NCBI GenBank assembly: GCA_031972855.1
Contig: DALYDY010000004.1
Span: 6,697-70,696, forward strand
DNA: 64,000 nucleotides
Direction of reading: 5' to 3'
Source: Minisyncoccota bacterium
GTDB taxonomy: Bacteria; Patescibacteriota; Minisyncoccia; Phycocordibacterales; UBA9973
The first letter of the stretch is position 1. The number at the start of each line of letters is the position of its first letter. Made by a program: the position numbers and the translations under genes. The notes beneath the pieces were generated by a model, which was not told where the DNA came from, did not search any database, and was given only the letters and a program-made list of their open reading frames with translations. Below, piece by piece: positions 56,171-64,000 of this stretch.

Positions 56171-57463
56171 ATGACAACCGTAAAAAAAGTATCAAAAAAA
56201 GATGAACTCGTAAACCCAAAAGGAATGCGAGACATAATGAATGAAGAATATTATGACTTCCAAGGTTTTTTTGAAAAAGCACAAGAAGTGGCTGTATATT
56301 ACGGATTTAATCCAATAGAAACACCAGTTTTGGAGTTTGAATCTATATTCACAACTTCTGTTGGTGAAGGTACTGATATTGTAGACAAAGAAATGTATTC
56401 TCTTCGCACTAAAGGTGGAGACAAACTCGCTCTTCGTCCAGAACACACAGCGTCACTTATGCGTTCATACATATCCAATGGAATGCAGAACATGCCACAA
56501 CCATTGATGTTCTATCAATATGGACCATCTTTCCGTCACGACAATCCTCAAAAAGGTCGTTATCGTCAATTTTATCAATTTGACCTTGATGTTCTTGGTA
56601 GTGAAAAAGCTATAATGGACGCTCTTGTCATAAAAGCAACAATGGTAATACTCGAAGAAGCTGGAGCAAAAAATCTATCTGTTGATATAAACTCAATCGG
56701 AGATAAAGACTGTCGCAATACATATGTTCGTGAACTTACAAACTACTACAAAAAACATGCAGACAAACTTCCTGCAATAGACAAAGAGAGATTAAAAACA
56801 AATCCACTTCGTATTCTTGATTCAAAAGATGCTAAAACAAAAGAAATAAATGAAAATGCACCAGAAGCAATTTCATATCTTTGTAGTGCTTGTAAAAAAC
56901 ACTTAAAAGAAGTGTTGGAACACTTAGACGAGATGAATATTCCTTATACAATAAACAAACTTCTTGTAAGAGGACTTTCATACTACACTCGTACTGTATT
57001 TGAAATAATTCAAACAGAAGGAGAAGAATCAATAACTATTGCTGGCGGAGGAAGATATGATTATTTAGCAAAACAACTAGGAAGCAAAAAAGATGTTCCA
57101 GCTATTGGTATGGCTCTTGGTGTTGACCGTGTAGTATCTATGCCTTGGTACAAAAAACTTTCTCCTCGCATAATGAAAGCTCCAAAATACTATTTCATCC
57201 AACTAGGAGCTGAGGCGAAATTAAAATCTCTTAGTGTTATTGAAATACTCAGAAAAGCACATATTCCTATTCATCAAGCACTATCAAAAGATGGCTTAGG
57301 TGCACAACTTGGTGTTGCAGAAAAAATCGGTATTCCATACGCTCTAATATTTGGCCAAAAAGAAGCACTTGAGAATTCAGTAATAGTACGTGATATGAAT
57401 ACTCGATCACAAGAAACAGTTCCTTTAGAAAAACTTTTGGAATACTTAAAAAAATTAAAGTAA
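56171..57463 (+). CDS. hisS: Histidyl-tRNA synthetase
   Basis: Class II motifs plus YQYGPSFRHDNPQKGRYRQFYQFDLDVLG and a C-terminal anticodon-binding domain. Confidence 0.9.
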   Translation: MTTVKKVSKKDELVNPKGMRDIMNEEYYDFQGFFEKAQEVAVYYGFNPIETPVLEFESIFTTSVGEGTDIVDKEMYSLRTKGGDKLALRPEHTASLMRSYISNGMQNMPQPLMFYQYGPSFRHDNPQKGRYRQFYQFDLDVLGSEKAIMDALVIKATMVILEEAGAKNLSVDINSIGDKDCRNTYVRELTNYYKKHADKLPAIDKERLKTNPLRILDSKDAKTKEINENAPEAISYLCSACKKHLKEVLEHLDEMNIPYTINKLLVRGLSYYTRTVFEIIQTEGEESITIAGGGRYDYLAKQLGSKKDVPAIGMALGVDRVVSMPWYKKLSPRIMKAPKYYFIQLGAEAKLKSLSVIEILRKAHIPIHQALSKDGLGAQLGVAEKIGIPYALIFGQKEALENSVIVRDMNTRSQETVPLEKLLEYLKKLK

Positions 57464-57466
57464 TTT

Positions 57467-57976
57467 ATGATAGAGATTGTACAAAAAGGACATCCTGCAC
57501 TCTCAAAAGAAGCTTTATCTATACCTACCCAAGAAATAACAAGTGAGAAAGTACAAGGAATAATAAGTGATATGAAAATAGCACTAGAAAGCCAAGATGA
57601 CGGTCTTGCTATTGCTGCACCACAAATAGGAGTTTCTTATCGTATTTTTATTATTTCTGGAAGACTTTTTACAAAAAAAGATGGACCAAGAAAAGAAGAT
57701 AGAATATATATAAATCCAAACTTTATAAAACTCTCAAAAAAGAAATCTTGGAAAAAAGGTGAAGGATGTCTTTCTGTAAGATGGCTATACGGAACAGTCC
57801 AAAGACACACAAATGTAACAATCGAAGCTTACGACGAACACGGAGAAATGTTTACAGAAACAGCTGGTGGAATGCTTGCTCACATCTTCCAACATGAAGT
57901 AGACCATCTAAATGGTATATTGTTTGATAGTAAAGCAAAAGATATAGAAGCTCATGAACCAGAACATCAACACTAA
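57467..57976 (+). CDS. def: Peptide deformylase
   Basis: The three deformylase motifs GLAIAAPQIG, EGCLS and HEVDHLNG. Confidence 0.9.
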   Translation: MIEIVQKGHPALSKEALSIPTQEITSEKVQGIISDMKIALESQDDGLAIAAPQIGVSYRIFIISGRLFTKKDGPRKEDRIYINPNFIKLSKKKSWKKGEGCLSVRWLYGTVQRHTNVTIEAYDEHGEMFTETAGGMLAHIFQHEVDHLNGILFDSKAKDIEAHEPEHQH

Positions 57977-58805
57977 AAAATTTGTTTTTTTCGGCACACC
58001 ACAAGAAGCGGTGTATGTTTTAGATTCTTTAAAATCAAAAGACATATTACCTAATCTTATTGTATGTTCTCCAGATAAAAAAGTTGGAAGACATCAGATA
58101 TTAACTTCCCCTCAAACAAAAGTTTGGGCAATAGAAAATAATATCAGAGTATTCCAACCAAATAAAATAAATGATGAAGCAATAGAAGAGATTAAAAAAT
58201 ATTCTTTTGATTTCTTTGTTGTTGCAGCATATGGGAAAATTCTTCCAGAAAAACTTCTTAATCTATCTAGTATTGGAACTATAAATGTGCACCCTTCTCT
58301 ACTCCCAAAATATCGCGGACCAAGTCCTATAGAATATCCTTTTCTTTCGAATGACAGAGTAACAGGTGTAAGTATCATGGAACTCGACAAAGAAGTAGAT
58401 CATGGACCAATTATCTATCAAGAAACATACGAGATAAAAAATGAGGACAATAGTGAAACATTAGCAAAAATACTCTTCACTCGCGGAGGAGAAATACTTG
58501 CAGATATTATTCCAAACTTAACAAAAGACTTCCCTGAAAGAAAAGTACAAAATCATAGTGAAGCAACATTCACTCATAAACTCAAAAAGGAAGATGGTGA
58601 AATAAAATTGAGTGATAACGGGCACGAAATTTGGAACAAATTTCGTGCCTACACCCCATGGCCTGGAATATTCTATTTTGATGAAAATAATAAAAGAGTA
58701 AAAATTACAGATATGTCTTTTGACGGAGAAAATATGGAAATAAAGAAAGTAATCCCTGAAGGCAAAAAAGAAGTTGATTATAAAATATTTTTGAATAGTA
58801 AATAA
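57954..58805 (+). CDS. fmt: Methionyl-tRNA formyltransferase
   Basis: Formyltransferase N-terminal domain (…VVAAYGKILP…NVHPSLLPKYRGPSPI…) and a C-terminal domain. The gene overlaps the def stop. Confidence 0.9.
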   Translation: MNQNINTKKFVFFGTPQEAVYVLDSLKSKDILPNLIVCSPDKKVGRHQILTSPQTKVWAIENNIRVFQPNKINDEAIEEIKKYSFDFFVVAAYGKILPEKLLNLSSIGTINVHPSLLPKYRGPSPIEYPFLSNDRVTGVSIMELDKEVDHGPIIYQETYEIKNEDNSETLAKILFTRGGEILADIIPNLTKDFPERKVQNHSEATFTHKLKKEDGEIKLSDNGHEIWNKFRAYTPWPGIFYFDENNKRVKITDMSFDGENMEIKKVIPEGKKEVDYKIFLNSK

Positions 58806-58836
58806 AAAAATCGGAGTTTTAATTCTCCGATTTTTT
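58804..58836. terminator. Bidirectional terminator (aatcggag ttttaatt ctccgatt flanked by A and T runs)
   Basis: An 8-bp stem between convergent genes. Confidence 0.6.
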
Positions 58837-58842
58837 GAATGA

Positions 58843-59178
58843 TTACCATTCTACAGGCACCCATTTACTTTTGTCTAATTTTGACAAGAGGGTTTCAACT
58901 TTTTTATTATTTGGATTTATCTCTTCACACAACAACTTGCCGTTCTTTATCTCACAAAGCATGTACCCACGCTTTGGATCGCGACAAGCCCAAATATTAT
59001 GTACATTTGTCGTATCCCAAATACCGTAATCAATACGTTGGACCCCATATTTATTTTTTGGGGCCTCATTAATTTGAGACTTTAAAACAGTAGGTGAAAT
59101 GCGCTGTTGTGCAGCAGCATTATTAGAAGATATTCCTATTGATAGGATGAGTGCAAAGACAATAATGAATTTTTTCAT
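58843..59178 (-). CDS. Small secreted Cys-containing hypothetical protein
   Basis: Signal peptide MKKFIIVFALILSIGISSNNAAA, then a mature region with four Cys. Confidence 0.4.
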   Translation of the reverse strand: MKKFIIVFALILSIGISSNNAAAQQRISPTVLKSQINEAPKNKYGVQRIDYGIWDTTNVHNIWACRDPKRGYMLCEIKNGKLLCEEINPNNKKVETLLSKLDKSKWVPVEW

Positions 59179-59359
59179 GATGGTTTTGGTTTTTTAAAGT
59201 TTAAAATATAAATTTAGTTGTTACCCTTAAGAAATTTTTCCGAAGGAAAACAACTAAACTTATTCCAAAATCATCCATAAATCAAATAACTATCTATTAA
59301 TTATTATATCATAAATATATATGTTTTGTCAATAGTTAGACAGACTCACTATAAAAACA

Positions 59360-59968
59360 TTATTTTACAAGTTTTTTTAGAAAACTCTTTCTATGAAGTA
59401 CTGTTAATCCGTTCTTTTGTATTGCTTCATAATGAGATTTTGTCCCATATCCGGCATTATTTTCAAAGCCATATTCTGGGAATTCTTTGGCATACTTTTT
59501 CATAAGAGTATCCCTAGAGACTTTTGCCACAATTGAGGCAAAAGAAATTACAGGATAAAGTTCATCCCCTTTTATAAAACTTTCTTGATTTGTGTATTCA
59601 CTCGGTGCTTTCAATCCTCCATCCAAAATAATCTTCACAGAATTATCAGGTGCAACTTTTTTCAAAGAAGTAGCAAGTGCCTTTTTGATTGCAGGAACTA
59701 TTCCATGTGTGTCTATATCAATAGCAGACACAAGAGAAACAGAGAAGTCACACTTCCCTTCTTTTTTACTTTTAATTAAAAATTCATACCATCGGTCACG
59801 CATTTTTTCGGTAAGTTTTTTGGAATCACGAATTGGAAGTTTATTTTCTTTTGAAAATATTTCAACTTCTTTTTGAAAATTTGTATTTGATAAAAAAGCA
59901 CACACAGCCACAGGACCAGCAATAGGACCTCTTCCTACTTCATCAATACCAACAAAATATTCATTCAT
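59360..59968 (-). CDS. rnhB: Ribonuclease HII
   Basis: Sequence VGIDEVGRGPIAGPVAV with the DEDD-type catalytic residues. Confidence 0.9.
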   Translation of the reverse strand: MNEYFVGIDEVGRGPIAGPVAVCAFLSNTNFQKEVEIFSKENKLPIRDSKKLTEKMRDRWYEFLIKSKKEGKCDFSVSLVSAIDIDTHGIVPAIKKALATSLKKVAPDNSVKIILDGGLKAPSEYTNQESFIKGDELYPVISFASIVAKVSRDTLMKKYAKEFPEYGFENNAGYGTKSHYEAIQKNGLTVLHRKSFLKKLVK

Positions 59969-59971
59969 TTT

Positions 59972-60304
59972 TTAACTTTGGATTTGCTCATGAAGAAATT
60001 CTGTGATAACTTCTTCTGTATAAACTTGTTCAAGAGCATTAAATAATTGAAAATTTATTTCTTTAAGTTCTTTTAAAGAATGAACCTTACCATCTTTCAA
60101 AAGCCCCAATTCTTCAAAACAGTCTTCAAAAAGTTTTCTTTTTAAACTATTAATACCTAATATTTCTTCTGCTTCTTTTTTTATTTCTTGTTTTGCAATA
60201 TCTAAAAGTACAGGTTTTTCATTTTCTGAAAAAAAGTGATTATTATAAAAATCAGGCTGTGGTTGTATATTTTCATTCATATAAAAAGTATACCAAAACA
60301 ACAA
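59972..60304 (-). CDS. Hypothetical protein (110 aa)
   Basis: Open frame, probably co-transcribed with rnhB. Confidence 0.35.
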   Translation of the reverse strand: MLFWYTFYMNENIQPQPDFYNNHFFSENEKPVLLDIAKQEIKKEAEEILGINSLKRKLFEDCFEELGLLKDGKVHSLKELKEINFQLFNALEQVYTEEVITEFLHEQIQS

Positions 60305-60372
60305 TAAATTCCAAAAAAATCAATATTTAAAAAGATTTTTATATATCATCAATATTGTTATAATGTGAGGAC

Positions 60373-63300
60373 ATGGAGCAAAAATTTATTCATTTACATA
60401 CACATTCACACTATTCCCTTTTAGATGGACTTTCAAAGATTAGTGATCTTGTGGAAAAAGCCAAGGAAGATGGTATGGAGGCTATTGCTCTAACCGATCA
60501 CGGAGCAATGTATGGTGCAATAGATTTTTATATGGAATGTACAAAGGCCGGCATCAAACCGATTATTGGTGTTGAGGCATATATGGCCGTCCGTAATCTT
60601 GGAGACAAAGAAGCCGGAGTTGATAACAAAAGATATCACCTGACTCTGCTTGCAAAGAATTTCGAAGGATACAAAAATCTCATGAAACTTGTCACAATTT
60701 CTGAAATTGATGGCTATTATTACAAGCCAAGAATGGATAAAGAAATTCTCAAAGAACACAGCGAAGGAATAATCTGTCTTTCAGGTTGTCCTAGTGGAGA
60801 ACTTGCAAAAGCCTTATTCAATAAAGATTTAGAAAAAGGACGTGAAATAGTAAAAAGTTTTATTGATATTTTTGGAAAAGAAAATTTCTTCCTAGAAGTC
60901 ATGGGGCATTTTGAAATGGAAGGTTATGACAAAGTAGTAGAAGATATAAAGACACTTTCAAAAGAATTCGACTTACCTATTGTCGGAACTTGGGACGCAC
61001 ACTACATGCACAAAGAAGACTGGGAAGCTCAAGAAACTCTTGTTGCAATCAATACAGGCGGAGATGTGCAAAGTAATAAAATGAAGATGAAAGGAAATTA
61101 TTCTTTTATTACATCAGACGAAGCAAAAAAAGCATTTGCAAATATTCCTGGAGCATACGAAAACACAAAAAAAGTTGCTGATATGTGTAATCTAGAACTT
61201 ACACTTGGTAAATTTGTCTTCCCTATTTTTCCACTTCCACCTGATATTACTCCTGATATGCGTCTTCGTGAACTTTGTGTTCTAGGACTTACAACTCGAG
61301 GTCTACAAGATGATGAAAAATCAAAAGAAAGATTAGAATATGAACTTGGTATTATTGCTTTCAAAGGTTATGCAACATATTTTCTCGTGGTGCATGACCT
61401 AATTCGCTACGCACGCGCTAACGATATCTATTACAACATTCGTGGATCTGTTGCAGGTTCGATGACTACATATACACTCGGTATTACAAAAGTTGATCCC
61501 CTCATCTACAATATTCCTTTTGAACGTTTTTTAAATCCAGAACGTCCTTCTGCTCCTGATATTGATATGGACTTCGCTGATAATAGACGTGAAGAAATTA
61601 TTGAATATGCAAAGCAGAAATATGGTGAGAAAAAAGTTGCTCAGATTGGAACTTTTGGAACAATGGCTGCACGCGGATCTGTGAGAGATGTGGCACGCGC
61701 TCTTGGATATCCATATGGTGTAGGAGATAGAATATCAAAAATGATTCCGATGGGAGCTCAAGGATTCCCTATGACAATAGAACGCGCCCTCAATGAAGTC
61801 CCAGAGTTAAAAGAAATGTATGATAATGACCGTGAGACCTCTATTATTATAGATATGGCAAAAAAGATAGAAGGTGGAGCAAGACACATTTCTGTCCATG
61901 CTGCAGGTGTGGTTATTGGACCAACAGATCTTACCGACTATACTCCTTTACAGTTTGATCCTAAAGGTGGAAAACTCATCACACAATACGACATGTATTC
62001 TGTTGGTGAAGATGGTGCTGGGCTTACAAAATTTGATTTCCTTGGAATTAGAAATCTTTCAATATTAAAAGATGCTGTAACTCTGGTAGATAAAATTTAT
62101 AATATAAAAGTTGATATTGATGATATTGATCTTGCTGACGAGAGAACTTTCAAAATGCTTGCACGTGGAGAAACAGAAGGTCTCTTCCAATTAAACGGTG
62201 CTGGAATGACAAAATGGCTAAAAGATCTTCGCCCTTCAACAATACACGATATCAATGCCATGGTAGCACTCTATCGCCCAGGTCCAATGCAATTTATTCC
62301 TGATTATGTCGCTCGAAAACACAATCCATCACTTATTTCATACCTTGACCCTGCTCTAGAAGACATTTTGAAAACAACTTATGGAATTCTTGTTTATCAA
62401 GATGACCTTCTTCTTATGGCTCACCATTTAGCTGGATATTCTTGGGGTGAAGTTGATAAATTCCGTAAAGCTGTAGGTAAAAAAATCCCAGCAGAAATGC
62501 AAGCTCAAAGAGAAAAGTTCATCAAAGGTTGTGTAAAAACAAGTAACTGGAGTGAAAAGAAAGCTACGGAAATATGGTCATGGATTGAGCCTTTTGCGGC
62601 TTACGGTTTCAACAAAGCTCACTCAGCTTCATATGGACTTGTGGCATATCAAACAGCATTCATGAAAGCAAACTTCCCTGTGGCTTACATGTGTGCTTGT
62701 ATGACAGCTGAATCTGGCGATGTGGACCAGATTGCAATATATGTTCACGAATGTGAAAGAATGAGAATAAAAGTTCTTCCTCCAAATATAAATGAGTCTT
62801 TTGGTGTATTTACAGTTATAAAAGAAGAAGATAAAACAATTGAAGAATCCAGAGTTATTCGTTTTGGACTATACACAATCAAAAACCTTGGGACAGATAT
62901 TGCTGACGCAATCATCGAAGAGCGAAAAAAGAATGGACCCTTCTCTTCTATTGGAAATTTCTTAGACCGCATAACTCACAAAAATCTTAATAGAAAATCT
63001 TTAGAATCTCTTATAAAAGCTGGAGCAATGGATGAGTTTGGTGAGCGTGGATTGCTTATGGCTAATAGTGAAGCCCTTCTTGAATACAATAGAGCTTTCG
63101 CACAAAAAAGTGATTCTCAAGCTTCTTTATTTGGTCTGGGGGGTATGTCTGCACCAGAGCTCAGACTTCGCCCAACAGAACCAATTGATTTAAAAACTCG
63201 CCTAGCATGGGAAAAAGATTTGCTTGGATTATATATTTCTGGTCACCCACTCGAAGCCTACAAAGAGAAGCTTTCAAAGTGTAATAGTATTTTAAGTATA

Positions 63301-63567
63301 AAAAGAGAAGGTAAAAAAGACGCCCCAATAAAAGTTTGCGGTGTTGTTGAAGAAGTTAAACGTATTACTACAAAGAATAATGATTATATGCTTTTTGTAC
63401 GTATTACAGACCTTACAGGAAGTATTGAGACAATCTTGTTCCCTAAGAATTACAAGGATTTTGCACCTATTCTTATTGAAGATGCTCTTATTGTAATTGC
63501 CGGAAAAGTATCTCTAAAAAATGATGAAAAAAATATTATTATAGAGGCTGTAAAAAATATTGAGTAA
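60373..63567 (+). CDS. dnaE: DNA polymerase III alpha subunit
   Basis: PHP domain (HLHTHSHYSLLDG), palm and fingers regions, and a C-terminal OB fold; 1064 aa. Confidence 0.9.
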   Translation: MEQKFIHLHTHSHYSLLDGLSKISDLVEKAKEDGMEAIALTDHGAMYGAIDFYMECTKAGIKPIIGVEAYMAVRNLGDKEAGVDNKRYHLTLLAKNFEGYKNLMKLVTISEIDGYYYKPRMDKEILKEHSEGIICLSGCPSGELAKALFNKDLEKGREIVKSFIDIFGKENFFLEVMGHFEMEGYDKVVEDIKTLSKEFDLPIVGTWDAHYMHKEDWEAQETLVAINTGGDVQSNKMKMKGNYSFITSDEAKKAFANIPGAYENTKKVADMCNLELTLGKFVFPIFPLPPDITPDMRLRELCVLGLTTRGLQDDEKSKERLEYELGIIAFKGYATYFLVVHDLIRYARANDIYYNIRGSVAGSMTTYTLGITKVDPLIYNIPFERFLNPERPSAPDIDMDFADNRREEIIEYAKQKYGEKKVAQIGTFGTMAARGSVRDVARALGYPYGVGDRISKMIPMGAQGFPMTIERALNEVPELKEMYDNDRETSIIIDMAKKIEGGARHISVHAAGVVIGPTDLTDYTPLQFDPKGGKLITQYDMYSVGEDGAGLTKFDFLGIRNLSILKDAVTLVDKIYNIKVDIDDIDLADERTFKMLARGETEGLFQLNGAGMTKWLKDLRPSTIHDINAMVALYRPGPMQFIPDYVARKHNPSLISYLDPALEDILKTTYGILVYQDDLLLMAHHLAGYSWGEVDKFRKAVGKKIPAEMQAQREKFIKGCVKTSNWSEKKATEIWSWIEPFAAYGFNKAHSASYGLVAYQTAFMKANFPVAYMCACMTAESGDVDQIAIYVHECERMRIKVLPPNINESFGVFTVIKEEDKTIEESRVIRFGLYTIKNLGTDIADAIIEERKKNGPFSSIGNFLDRITHKNLNRKSLESLIKAGAMDEFGERGLLMANSEALLEYNRAFAQKSDSQASLFGLGGMSAPELRLRPTEPIDLKTRLAWEKDLLGLYISGHPLEAYKEKLSKCNSILSIKREGKKDAPIKVCGVVEEVKRITTKNNDYMLFVRITDLTGSIETILFPKNYKDFAPILIEDALIVIAGKVSLKNDEKNIIIEAVKNIE

Positions 63568-63637
63568 ATATTAACAGGTTTGACTTAATGTGTCCAAAAA
63601 TAGTAAAGTATATACGAACAATTAAAACAAAATAACA

Positions 63638-64000
63638 CATGGACCCTATAGTTAAATCCCTGACTATAAGACTATATGCCAGGTACTTTTCTTTACAAGA
63701 AAAGTTATTAAAAAAAAGAGAACCCCAAAAGAAGGAGCTTCGTGAAATTTATGTAAAGATTTTAAAAAAAATAATCAACGAATCTCATCTTGAATTAAGT
63801 GATGTTAGTCATTATTTAGCAAAAACAAAAAAATATTGGAAGGACAAAAACCCCAATAAAGAATTAGAAGAAGCAAGAATAAGAGAAAGAACTATTCTTG
63901 TTGATGAAGAAAAACAAAAAATTGCTAATGATGAAAATTGGAATATATATATGAATTCTCTTATAAATATTCCAATGAAAACAAATCTTATTCAAGTAAG
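63638..64000 (+). CDS. Hypothetical protein, N-terminal 121 aa only (runs off the window end)
   Basis: Open frame from the ATG at 63638 with no stop before the window end. The composition is K/E-rich. Confidence 0.3.

Noticed and set aside
1-64000. CRISPR arrays, cas genes, integrases, transposases and phage structural genes
   Set aside because: I scanned the intergenic regions and long ORFs. I found no regularly spaced short direct repeats and no ORF with recombinase, transposase or capsid/terminase signatures.

Overview
This is an AT-rich chromosomal segment, probably from a reduced-genome bacterium; the Patescibacteria/CPR-like assignment below is inference only. The evidence for that assignment is short dnaX and infB, a tRNA-Lys that starts with C1, many Sec-signal/two-helix pilin-like proteins, and near-leaderless promoters. 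Most of the window is housekeeping genes: mraZ-rsmH, lysS, greA, ftsI-like PBP, malic enzyme, dnaX, dusB-like, ftsQ-like, serS, dprA-topA, clpB, a cysteine desulfurase, infB-rbfA, gyrA, rpsA, pth, lepB-hisS-def-fmt, rnhB and dnaE. Accessory content is two SpoT-type HD-only paralogs flanking a block of hypothetical genes next to tRNA-Gln and a tRNA-like remnant. There is also a two-component system with a CPBP protease, and a small Met/Cys/His-rich membrane protein. Two adjacent genes are each driven by an identical 31-bp promoter cassette. A repeat-rich island holds four tRNAs (Cys, Leu-TAA, Lys-CTT, Leu-TAG); the first three are each followed by a perfect 23-28 bp hairpin that re-uses the tRNA 3' end, a recurring 26-nt hairpin motif follows three of the four, and tRNA 3'-end fragments are scattered through the island. 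The most system-like locus is 41.6-47.2 kb: four tandem VirB2/TrbC-like small membrane proteins, a 731-aa secreted protein carrying the same domain at its C-terminus, and a membrane-anchored extracellular protein. I found no CRISPR array, integrase or transposase.
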